A stretch of DNA of 64,000 nt from an uncultured Chlamydiae bacterium. Its GTDB lineage: Bacteria > Chlamydiota > Chlamydiia > Chlamydiales > JAJFMA01. The translations under genes were made by a program, and so were the position numbers. This document shows, piece after piece, positions 28,661 through 37,410 of the stretch; positions within the stretch are counted from its first letter, which is position 1, and the number at the start of each line of letters is the position of its first letter. The stretch covers positions 330,953-394,952 of the forward strand of contig CAWBNS010000009.1 in NCBI GenBank assembly GCA_963790215.1. Direction: 5' to 3'. The notes under the pieces were generated by a model, which made no database searches, had not been told where the DNA came from, and worked only from the letters and a program-made list of their open reading frames with translations.

Positions 28661-29779
28661 TTACCAGCTGCTAAGCACTTCGTTGAGATATTGTTCGATG
28701 TTATTTGAATGTAATCGCATTTTTTGACCGCGATTGTTTAATTCAGTTGTGTCGTATCCGATATAGTTATTTTTTACACACCATGCCTTAATTTGATCAA
28801 CTCGCACATAATTTTCAAAAAATAATTCTTCGTTCTGTATTTGGTTTATTCTGTCATTTGTAGGTTCTTGCCCACGTAAGGAAAGCTCGTCCATAGCCCT
28901 TTGCCTTGCGTATACACGGATAAACTCACCGGCCCTCTGCTGGGGCGATTGTGCCGAATGCATGAGTACAGCACCATCCAAAACCCCTCCCAGGTTGCCG
29001 CTGTGCTCCAAGGCAAGGGCCTGAAAAACATCTGCGTACCCGTGAAAGCATGGGCTTGTGGCTTTGTCGACAACTTCTATGAGTTTATCTGGGCCAGCCA
29101 AGACAACGGCTTTGTGTAAAAATCCGATACCGTTTTCTAATGAGGCAATCAACCCCCGCTCCTGACCGTTCCAGTCGCCAAGGTGAACATATGCATATAA
29201 GCCTTGTGTGGTAATTTCTTTTTTGAATATTTCTATTGTTAGTGGACGTTCTTGAACAATCAAGGCTACGGAGTAGAAATTATTGACAACTTCCGAGGCT
29301 TTAGCAGAATGCTGAACCGCTTGACAGATAGAAATCCATTGATCACCGGTGGGTAATACCGTGTCATTGTCTACAGGTATGTCTTGGGGAGCTTGCAACT
29401 TATTATTTTGAGGGCTTTGGACTGGTACGCGGAGTACATCATTATGAGAAACGCGTCGGCTGCCTTTAAAAGGTTCTGAAGTGAGAGATTTCGGAATTTT
29501 AAGAGTCGCAAACTCTTGAGTTGCTGGCCGAGAGGTTTCGTAAATTATTGAGTCAATGTGGGAAAGCTTTTTCGATTTCAGATGTACTACGACATAGGCA
29601 ACCAAGCCACCTATTAACAGTAATCCAACAACAGCGTAGATGCTTTTGTTGTTCCTATAATTATCATATAAATTATGACACCCAAGATTAACAAGATTCA
29701 GGCCTTGTTGCGTAATAGGTATTTTCCAAAAAAAAATCGCGGACAAGCCCCAGCCAGCAACTGTACCGCTAAGCTGCAT
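28661..29779 (-). CDS. Membrane protein of unknown function whose 5' end is displaced by an IS insertion (native ATG at 30838)
   Basis: The first 26 codons of the 372-aa ORF lie inside the IS (left end at 29701). The native start ATGAATCTTG at 30838-30829 is in the same frame across the 9-bp duplication. Confidence 0.5.
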   Translation of the reverse strand: MQLSGTVAGWGLSAIFFWKIPITQQGLNLVNLGCHNLYDNYRNNKSIYAVVGLLLIGGLVAYVVVHLKSKKLSHIDSIIYETSRPATQEFATLKIPKSLTSEPFKGSRRVSHNDVLRVPVQSPQNNKLQAPQDIPVDNDTVLPTGDQWISICQAVQHSAKASEVVNNFYSVALIVQERPLTIEIFKKEITTQGLYAYVHLGDWNGQERGLIASLENGIGFLHKAVVLAGPDKLIEVVDKATSPCFHGYADVFQALALEHSGNLGGVLDGAVLMHSAQSPQQRAGEFIRVYARQRAMDELSLRGQEPTNDRINQIQNEELFFENYVRVDQIKAWCVKNNYIGYDTTELNNRGQKMRLHSNNIEQYLNEVLSSW

Positions 29780-30828
29780 CCTTCAGTTCCCATCTTCCTT
29801 TAGGTAACCCAAGACTATTCATTTTATTGATTACTAAACACTTACAACTCGCTTCAGTACATTGCTGACCAAATCCTCTGCTTTTTAAACGATCTCCTAG
29901 CATCCGCTTGATCCGGTAAACAGTTGTCTCCACCAGAGACCGTTTATGGTAACCTGTGAGCTGCTTCCACAATCGCCGTGCCTGTTCGTCCCCTCCCAAT
30001 CCTACTATTTCTGCTATTGATGCATCCCGCTCGCGCTCCCAACCCTCCTTCGCTCCCTTGTAAGCAGCATTTCTGGGCGGGGGTATAATGGCTCTTCCTC
30101 CAATTTGAGAAATCTTCTCTCTTAGGTGCCCTGCATCATAAGCTCCATCACCGCGTACTGATCTAATCGACTTTGGCAGCTTATCCATTAACTTCGTGGC
30201 AACCTCGGCATCACCTTCACTATTTTCCGTTAGTTCATGGACAACAATGTTTTGGGTGTCAGCATCTATTCCTATGTGGAATTTTCTCCAGGTTCGACGT
30301 TTGCTTTTTCCGTGTACTTTCACTTTCCATTCCCCTTCTCCGTAGACCTTCAAGCCTGTAGAATCAAATACAATGTGTTTGACCCCTCTTGCAGACACAC
30401 GTGGAAGCTTCTTATGCAATGACTCAGCACGGCGGCAAATCTGTGTATAACTTGGGACTGGAAGGGTTAGCTTCATCAATAAGAGGAGTGAGGTGGCAAA
30501 ACCTTGCAAGGACCTGAGGGTTAATCCAAATCGTTCACGAAGAATCAAGAGCATCAACATGGCATCGTTGGAGTAAGTCTCTGGCCTACCAGCTTGCCCT
30601 GTATAAGTATTGGAGAACCAATTTTCGAGAGCCTTGTCCTCGAACCAAATAGTTATGCTTCCCCTTTGAATCAGTGCTTTGTTATACTCGGGCCAGTTTT
30701 CGATGCGATACCGTTTTTGCATGAGGTCAGATCCTGTTGTGTTAGTCGCAAAACAGACTACCTCATGCAATTTTTTATTTACACGGTATCCTTAAAAATG
30801 ATCGTGAGGGGGATTACGCAACAAGGCC
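29701..30828 (-). mobile_element. IS5-family (IS903-group-like) insertion sequence, 1128 bp
   Basis: Perfect 16-bp terminal IRs GGCCTTGTTGCGTAAT (29701-29716 / 30813-30828), flanked by a 9-bp direct duplication CAAGATTCA (29692-29700 and 29829+1000, i.e. 30829-30837). Confidence 0.9.
29769..30722 (-). CDS. IS5-family DDE transposase
   Basis: MQKRYRIENWPEYN..., FDSTGLKVYGEGEWKVKVHG, GDGAYD and YHKRSLVETTVYRIKRMLGDRLKSR are typical of IS903-like transposases. I use the internal Met at 30722. Confidence 0.88.
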   Translation of the reverse strand: MQKRYRIENWPEYNKALIQRGSITIWFEDKALENWFSNTYTGQAGRPETYSNDAMLMLLILRERFGLTLRSLQGFATSLLLLMKLTLPVPSYTQICRRAESLHKKLPRVSARGVKHIVFDSTGLKVYGEGEWKVKVHGKSKRRTWRKFHIGIDADTQNIVVHELTENSEGDAEVATKLMDKLPKSIRSVRGDGAYDAGHLREKISQIGGRAIIPPPRNAAYKGAKEGWERERDASIAEIVGLGGDEQARRLWKQLTGYHKRSLVETTVYRIKRMLGDRLKSRGFGQQCTEASCKCLVINKMNSLGLPKGRWELKDAA

Positions 30829-31018
30829 CAAGATTCATACTTTCTCAGCCAAGTTATGCCCATATATAGATTCAAAACGCATCATAACAAAAAACCTATT
30901 TTAATACAATAAAAAACTCAGCAAATTAAATATTTAGTTTTTAATTATTGAAAACAAATAAAGAACAGGATGGGTAGGCATACGCATCAATTTAAAACAA
31001 ATTATTTATATTCATCCT

Positions 31019-31330
31019 ATTGATAACAAGCTTGTTGCGTTCATAAAAACCCTCGAAGAGGATCTGAATGTAGCCCACCGTGAGCCTGCGAGCGTCAGCG
31101 AAGACAGGTGTAACGGTGGGAATAAGCGCACAATAGCCCCGCACTCTCGAACGAGAGTGCCTCAGCTCGTTAATTGTAAACAGGTTGAGGCACACCCCTT
31201 CGGGGGTGCGAATTTGTTTCCACATCTACCCACCGTTACACCTGTCTTCGCTTTGCTCGCAGGTTCACGGTGGGCTACATTCAAAAACCCTCTTCGAGGG
31301 TTTTCCTGTCGCAACAACCTTACTAGATCA
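31019..31330. repeat. Structured palindromic element, full core copy (about 70-nt arms around a 108-nt asymmetric centre)
   Basis: Arms 31050-31120 and 31229-31300 are reverse complements. The centre has hairpins gcactctc-gaac-gagagtgc and cacccc-ttcg-ggggtg. The same core sits inverted inside the MITE at 48173. Confidence 0.8.
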
Positions 31331-31738
31331 TTTTTTGCCGTGTACAGAGCTCTACGCAGCTGAATTTACGGTGAGAATTTTTACCCTATATCTCACTAAA
31401 AAAAGGCTTCAGTCGTAAAGCTGAAGCCTTAATTTGGATTGGAGGTGGAAAGACGCATTCAGAACTTTTGATTGGAGTAGAATAAAGATCCCAAGTGTGT
31501 TGGCTTCTTCTAATCGAACACAGAAAGTTAATGAGACCCCCAGGTGATGGAACGAGCACCTTGAAAAAGAGAGGGGGGGTATGCTCCTTAAATAGAAGCG
31601 GTACCTGTTCATATTTATGGAAATCGTCTTAAGAAGAGAGATTCCGATGATTCGTCAAAAAAAAATTAAGCCCTGTACTTTTGATTGAAAAACGTCCTAA
31701 ATGCTGGTAAGATCCTGAAAAAATTTATGGAGAGCACC

Positions 31739-32173
31739 ATGAAAAAAATACTATCTTGCATATTTGCCTTAATCATTGGTGCCAATTCGTTAGCCTATGG
31801 CGCAACCTTAAAATCATTAGATAAAGATAAAATAAAACAGGCGGTAGTTAATAAAACGTTGGTATCTATTGGGACAGACAATCTCAATGGAAAAACTATT
31901 GATAATACGTTCTCGATGTACTTAGATGACAAAGGGAATATTTTCGGCAAAATGGGACAAAAACCTGCCAATGAGCCTCAAAAAGATAAAGGTATTTGCA
32001 TTTTTAACGATGACGGCAGCTTTTCTATAACCTGGGAACACTGGGATGGCGCAAAGGAGATACGTGGATATTTCTTTGAAACAGAAAATGCCTATATTTC
32101 TATTGATGATCAAAACGTATTTCATACAGTGTTTATGAAAGAATCAATAAAGAAAGGAAATCATTTAAATTAA
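31739..32173 (+). CDS. Small secreted protein, unknown function
   Basis: Leader MKKILSCIFALIIGANSLAYG. The track start at 31685 is TTG, and ATGs lie at 31727 and 31739. Confidence 0.5.
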   Translation: MKKILSCIFALIIGANSLAYGATLKSLDKDKIKQAVVNKTLVSIGTDNLNGKTIDNTFSMYLDDKGNIFGKMGQKPANEPQKDKGICIFNDDGSFSITWEHWDGAKEIRGYFFETENAYISIDDQNVFHTVFMKESIKKGNHLN

Positions 32174-32322
32174 CTTCTATTCTTCTGATTTGTTATGAAC
32201 CTCGTTTATCTCGGTAATTAGGTAATTTGAATCAAAGCGAAGGATGGCAATGATTACTAAATGGTCTTCTTTTGCGGATAAATGTTTAAATAAGGGTTGG
32301 ATGCGAGGGGCATCCAACCAAT

Positions 32323-32753
32323 TGGAGGTGGAGAGAATCGAACTCTCGTCCTTAGCAAACTCCGACATTGACCACTACATGCTTAGTGCTCTGTATTTGA
32401 GTAGCTTCCTATGCAGAGCACCCCACTAGAAGCTACTTGCTTCATTTAGTCTCGAAAGGGTGTCCTAGAGAGCGTCGGGCACTTCTTTCATACCAAGATT
32501 GAGACGATAGTTCCACAGTCCTTGGTCTAACCATGGGCTATCGGGCTACTAATACGGTTAAGTATTAAGCAGCAACTGCGGCACATGCCATTCCTTCGTC
32601 AGGCATAGGACAGAAACCGGGAGCTTCTGCAATAGAAACTGCTCTTAGCAAAAGATTTGCCATTTGTGTTTTTATCGGATTTTTTAGGAGGCCAACCGAT
32701 ATCCTCCGCATGCGTTCAAAGCTTCATTTCCAAGTCGAAGCCAGTTCACCCCC
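32323..32753 (-). ncRNA. ssrA: tmRNA (SsrA)
   Basis: 5' GGGGGTGAACTGGCTTCGAC and 3' ...GGTTCGATTCTCTCCACCTCC-A. Acceptor stem has a G3-U pair, with a T-arm-like 3' domain. The internal tag ORF ends ...DEGMACAAVAA-TAA. Confidence 0.9.
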
Positions 32754-32879
32754 ATAGTTATGGGTTCTTCTACCTGTTATTGTAGCACGTCACTCGATTT
32801 TTGAGACACAAATATCCGCTTGTCAATTTAGTCTATATCCCTCACAATTTAACCCTTTGAAAGAACGAAGGGGTTCCTC

Positions 32880-33779
32880 GTGAAAAGATATTTAGCTTTA
32901 GCGATATTATATGTAATTAAACTATCGCTTTGGGTCAGATACCGAGTTAATTATAAAGGATTGGAAACTCTTACACCTGAAAATTTGAATAAGCCTGGTG
33001 GCGTGATTTTTCTGACGAGTCATCCGACGATCTTCGTGGATCCTAGTTTGACCGCTATTGGAGTGTATAGAAAATATCCATTGCGTCCTCTGGTGGTTGA
33101 GTACTTCTACTATACGTTCGGCACGGGCTGGGTAATGCGGTTTATGGATGCGATTCCGGTGCCTAATCTCGCGAACGCGTCTAACAGCTTAAAGCGTCGT
33201 CGCGCGGAGAAAGCATTCGATGAAATGGCAGCCGGTTTGAAACGCGGTGAGAGTTTTCTGTTGGCACCAGCGGGCAAAACGAAACGGTCCAACTATGAAA
33301 TGATCGGGGGAGCATCTGGAGCACAGAGCATTCTTCAGAGAGTTCCTGAAGCAAATGTTGTGCTAGTCCGCACAACGGGATTGTATGGAAGCATTTTTTC
33401 TACAGCATTAACAAATGGCAAAGTGCCTTATTTTTTCCCGACGCTTTGGAAGGGATTCAAAATTGCATTAAAGAACTTTTTCTTTTTTTCTCCGCGTCGT
33501 GAAGTGACGGTAGAGTACGTACCAGCGCCTAAAGATTTTCCATGGAATAGCTCCCGATTAGAATTGAATCGATGGCTTGGAACAGTGGTACAACGACCCG
33601 ACGGGATTGATCCAGAATTAGCCAAGAAGGAGTGTCCAGGCGAGAGCTTAAGTCTTGTGTCTTATAGTATTGGCGTAAGGGAGCTACCCACAGTTGACTG
33701 CATCAAAAAGGCAAATGCGACGTCGATTTGGCGGTGTGTCAGCGGAGATTCAGGAGAAGGTCGTCAATTATTTAGCTAA
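32880..33779 (+). CDS. PlsC-family lysophospholipid/glycerolipid acyltransferase (Aas N-terminal-domain type)
   Basis: N-terminal TM segment, FLTSHPTIFVDP and FLLAPAGKT acyltransferase blocks. GTG start. Confidence 0.75.
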   Translation: MKRYLALAILYVIKLSLWVRYRVNYKGLETLTPENLNKPGGVIFLTSHPTIFVDPSLTAIGVYRKYPLRPLVVEYFYYTFGTGWVMRFMDAIPVPNLANASNSLKRRRAEKAFDEMAAGLKRGESFLLAPAGKTKRSNYEMIGGASGAQSILQRVPEANVVLVRTTGLYGSIFSTALTNGKVPYFFPTLWKGFKIALKNFFFFSPRREVTVEYVPAPKDFPWNSSRLELNRWLGTVVQRPDGIDPELAKKECPGESLSLVSYSIGVRELPTVDCIKKANATSIWRCVSGDSGEGRQLFS

Positions 33780-34203
33780 GCTCTCTGAGCGTGATCCTAG
33801 TACGATTCGGCCGGAGATGAGCCTGGCTTCTGATTTGGGCTTAGATTCTTTGGATGTTTCGGAAATATTGTTATTTTTACAGGAGCAATTTCGCATCGAC
33901 GCGGTTCCGCCGTCTGAATTGACAACGGTAGGTAAGTTGATGGCGATTGCGGCGAAGCAGATTACGTTTGCGTCAAATGAGGAAGAGATCGGGCCGATGG
34001 CAAGTTGGCACAAGAGTGTGCCAAGGCTGGATCATGCGCAGTTGGCTCCTGGTAAGACGTTGGCGGAGGTTTTTCTGAACAACTGTACGCGTATGGGTTC
34101 GCGTGATGCGTGCGCGGATATGACGTCGGGTGTGCTGACGTACTCCTCAATTAAAGATGCGGGTGATTCTATTGGCCGAATACATCTGCAAGCTGAAGGG
34201 TAG
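33694..34203 (+). CDS. Carrier-protein (ACP-like) domain fused to the first part of an adenylate-forming domain; truncated by a frameshift
   Basis: LASDLGLDSLDVSEILLFLQEQF (DSL phosphopantetheine site), then TLAEVFLNN...GVLTYSS, the N-terminus of AMP-binding enzymes. The reading continues in the +1 frame at 34157. Confidence 0.6.
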   Translation: MTASKRQMRRRFGGVSAEIQEKVVNYLAKLSERDPSTIRPEMSLASDLGLDSLDVSEILLFLQEQFRIDAVPPSELTTVGKLMAIAAKQITFASNEEEIGPMASWHKSVPRLDHAQLAPGKTLAEVFLNNCTRMGSRDACADMTSGVLTYSSIKDAGDSIGRIHLQAEG

Positions 34204-35611
34204 GCATATTGGTATCATGCTGCCGGCAAGCGTTGCGGCATCGGCTTGTATATTAGCCTGTCAGCTGGCGGGAAAGGTTCCTGTGATGGTGAATTGGACG
34301 GTGGGCACGCGACATTTAAAGTCGGTTGCGGAGTTATCTGGATTCAGCCATGTCCTCTCTTCATGGGCGTTCATTGATCGATTGGAAAATGTGGATCTAG
34401 ATGGGGTTGAAGATAAGTTGATCTTTCTCGAGGATGCACGTACGACTTTTACGTTTAAGGATAAAATGAAGGCATTATTCCGCTCAAAACAGAGCACGGA
34501 TTCATTACTGAAAACGTTTGGGATAAAAGATCTGAGTGAAGAAGAAACGGCTGTGATCCTCTTCACAAGTGGCACTGAGGCTCTTCCTAAGGGAGTGCCC
34601 TTGTCGCACCACAACATTTTGAGCAACCAGAAAGGCGTGTTAGAGCGGTTGCAGCTAGGAACGGATTTGGTGCTATTTGGTATTTTACCACCTTTCCATT
34701 CTTTCGGGTTTACGTTAACCTCTCTGATTGGTTTAATGGGTGGATTGCGCACCTGTTTTTATCCAAAACCAACCGATGGGCCTCGTTTAGCGTTTTGTGT
34801 GCATCACTACAAAGTGAATATTATTTGTGGCGCGCCAACTTTCTTGAAAGCGATGCTGAAGTCGGCAACGAAAGAAGATGTTCAACAGCTTTCTTACTGC
34901 GTTACAGGTGCTGAAAAGGCACCTCCAGAGCTTTATCATTTGTGCCAAGAACTCGGTATTGCCGATTCGATCTTGGAGGGTTATGGCATCACGGAGTGCG
35001 CTCCAGTTCTTTCGCTGAATTCACGCGAGGTAGAAACCAAGGGTGTTGGCCAACCGCCTAGCGGAACAGAGCTTTGTATTGTTCATCCGGAAACATATCA
35101 AGTGTTAGGTATAGGCGAAACGGGATTGGTGCTAGCGCACGGTCCAGGGATTTTTAAGGGATACCTCAATCCTGGGTTGGCAAGTCCGTTTGTGACTATT
35201 GACGGCAAGCAGTGGTACAAAACCGGTGATTTGGGCTTTCTGGATAGTCTAGGACGCTTAACATTGTCGGGTCGTCTGAAAAGGTTTATTAAAATTGGCG
35301 GAGAGATGGTCAGCTTAGGTGCCATCGAAGATACGTTACTTCAAGCAGCGAGAGCTAAAGGCTGGCCGTTAGCTGAGAGCTCTCCTTCACTAGCCATCGT
35401 GGCGCAGGAAATTGAGGGCGAGCGTCCTCGTATGGGATTGTTTTCACGTTTTCAGACTACCGTCGAAGAGGTAAATAGTGTATTACGTGAAGGCGGATTT
35501 AGCAACCTAGTCCGAATTTCCCTCGTAAAATACTTACAGGATATTCCGATCATGGGTTCTGGCAAGGTAAATTACAGAGAATTACAGGAACGATTTCAGA
35601 ACGCGGGATAG
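34157..35611 (+). CDS. Acyl-ACP/acyl-CoA synthetase (AMP-binding) domain, 5' part in another frame
   Basis: ILFTSGTEALPKGV, YGITEC, WYKTGDLG and GGEMVS adenylation motifs. Upstream codons in this frame (..QLKMRVILLAEY) join the 33694 ORF only through a 1-nt shift. Confidence 0.75.
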   Translation: MRVILLAEYICKLKGRHIGIMLPASVAASACILACQLAGKVPVMVNWTVGTRHLKSVAELSGFSHVLSSWAFIDRLENVDLDGVEDKLIFLEDARTTFTFKDKMKALFRSKQSTDSLLKTFGIKDLSEEETAVILFTSGTEALPKGVPLSHHNILSNQKGVLERLQLGTDLVLFGILPPFHSFGFTLTSLIGLMGGLRTCFYPKPTDGPRLAFCVHHYKVNIICGAPTFLKAMLKSATKEDVQQLSYCVTGAEKAPPELYHLCQELGIADSILEGYGITECAPVLSLNSREVETKGVGQPPSGTELCIVHPETYQVLGIGETGLVLAHGPGIFKGYLNPGLASPFVTIDGKQWYKTGDLGFLDSLGRLTLSGRLKRFIKIGGEMVSLGAIEDTLLQAARAKGWPLAESSPSLAIVAQEIEGERPRMGLFSRFQTTVEEVNSVLREGGFSNLVRISLVKYLQDIPIMGSGKVNYRELQERFQNAG

Positions 35612-35616
35612 CACTT

Positions 35617-37050
35617 ATGAAACAAGACGCCAGTCGTACACAGTTGCGATTTTTTAATACTCTGACACGCCAAAAAGAGCCTTTGGAGACGCTGCGTCCC
35701 AAGCAAGTTCGGATGTATACTTGCGGGCCTACTGTGTACGATTTCGCGCATATCGGTAACTTCCGCACTTATGTGTTTGAGGATATACTGAGAAGAACGT
35801 TGCAACTGTTCAGCTATCAGGTGACGCAGGTCATGAATCTCACTGATGTAGACGATAAAACTATTCGGGGAGCGATCAAAAATGGGGTCGACCTGGATAC
35901 GTTCACGGAAAAGTATAAGAAGGCATTTTTTCATGATCTTGGTGTGCTGAAAATTGAACCGGCGGAACACTATCCTGCAGCGACGGATTATATCCCGCAA
36001 ATGATCGAGATGATCGAGCGACTGATTGAGAAAGGAGTGGCTTATGAGGGTGGGGATCGCAGTGTCTATTTTGCGATTAGTAAATTTCCTCACTATGGTT
36101 GCCTCTCTCACCTAAATTTGGATGAACTTAAAGCTGGTGCTTCTGAGCGCGTTGCTGCCGACGAATATGAGAAAGACAACGTATCGGATTTTGTTCTTTG
36201 GAAAAGTCACGATCCCGAGCGTGACGGACAAATTTTTTGGAACAGTCCTTGGGGTGCTGGCCGTCCAGGGTGGCACTTGGAGTGCTCCGTGATGGCAATG
36301 CGTATCTTGGGAGATACGTTGGATATCCACGTTGGTGCTGTCGATAACATCTTCCCGCATCACGAGAACGAGATCGCGCAATCAGAAGCGTGCTCAGGCA
36401 AGACGTTTTCGAAGCTGTGGATGCACTCTGAGCATCTGGTCGTAGACAACGCGAAGATGTCCAAAAGCAAAGGCAACTTTTATACGCTTAGAGATGTGTT
36501 GAAACAGGGATACACGGGCCTTCAGGTTCGTTACTTGTTAATGTCTACTCACTATCGCACGAAACTCAACTTCACCTTCCAGAGTTTGGATGGGGCTAAA
36601 GCTGCGTTACAGCGTCTCAGTGACTTTATTTTGCGCTTAGAAGGGGTGACAGAGGGGCAGTCAACAGGAGAGAGCGAGGCGGTCGTTAAACGCGCTCAGG
36701 AAGCATTCCTACATGCACTAGCTGACGACCTAAATATCTCCCCTGCTCTAGCGGCAGTTTTTGATTTGGTCCGCGAAACCAATGGCCTCATTGATAAAGA
36801 GGCCATGAGTCAAGCCGATGCAGAACAGGTGTTGCTATGGTTAAAAAGCATCAATGGTGTCTTAGGTGTGCTGGAGTTTGATCTTCGCACTCAGCCTGCA
36901 CCACAGGAACTCGTTGAAGCTCTTCAGCGCCGCACCCAAGCGCGCAAAGAACGCGACTGGAAACTGGCCGACGAACTGCGCACCTATATCGAAAATGAAG
37001 GGTATGCTGTAGAGGATACTGCTGAGGGGTCGACTCTAAAGAAGGTATAA
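35617..37050 (+). CDS. cysS: Cysteine--tRNA ligase
   Basis: 477 aa with MYTCGPTVYDFAHIGNFR (HIGH) and KMSKSKGN. Confidence 0.95.
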   Translation: MKQDASRTQLRFFNTLTRQKEPLETLRPKQVRMYTCGPTVYDFAHIGNFRTYVFEDILRRTLQLFSYQVTQVMNLTDVDDKTIRGAIKNGVDLDTFTEKYKKAFFHDLGVLKIEPAEHYPAATDYIPQMIEMIERLIEKGVAYEGGDRSVYFAISKFPHYGCLSHLNLDELKAGASERVAADEYEKDNVSDFVLWKSHDPERDGQIFWNSPWGAGRPGWHLECSVMAMRILGDTLDIHVGAVDNIFPHHENEIAQSEACSGKTFSKLWMHSEHLVVDNAKMSKSKGNFYTLRDVLKQGYTGLQVRYLLMSTHYRTKLNFTFQSLDGAKAALQRLSDFILRLEGVTEGQSTGESEAVVKRAQEAFLHALADDLNISPALAAVFDLVRETNGLIDKEAMSQADAEQVLLWLKSINGVLGVLEFDLRTQPAPQELVEALQRRTQARKERDWKLADELRTYIENEGYAVEDTAEGSTLKKV

Positions 37051-37105
37051 GTAAGTTAAAAGGAGTCAATAGTTTCAATAGGCTCTCGATGGAACGGTTT
37101 TTAAT

Positions 37106-37314
37106 TGTGGAAAACGCAGAGAAGGTAGAGCCGCTGAGTGCGCTGAGGCTTTAGCCAACCCTGCTTACCCGATGGGTACAAAGATTTTTAGCCCCATCAC
37201 ACCATCGCTACCCTTTGAGCATAGCTCAAAGTCGCACTAAAGAGGGATCGCAGTTGCAAAAGTGCGATGGTGCTCTGCGTCCTCTGCGACTCAGCCTTCT
37301 CTGCGTTTTCCACG
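37106..37314. repeat. GTGGAAAACGCAGAGAAGG-type palindromic element, copy 1
   Basis: Arms 37106-37148 and 37272-37314. The interior is homologous, in inverted orientation, to 62536-62599. Confidence 0.8.
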
Positions 37315-37410
37315 TTTTAAGCTGTACCAACAGAACATCTTGTTACAATCGCACTCGCTCCCCAAACCGTCATTGGCAAAAAATCCCCTGTCCCCTAAGC
37401 TCCGGTTATC

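Noticed and set aside
30992-31418. Short ORFs inside the palindromic elements (30992..31225, 31157..31363, 31185..31418, and 48246..48431, 48301..48609, 48391..48582) that encode near-identical peptides.
   Set aside because: The same peptide strings (e.g. RHTPSGVRICF.IYPPLHLSSL, TVTPVFADARRFTVGYIQ) arise on both strands only because the DNA is a palindrome. They have no RBS and no coherent protein features.
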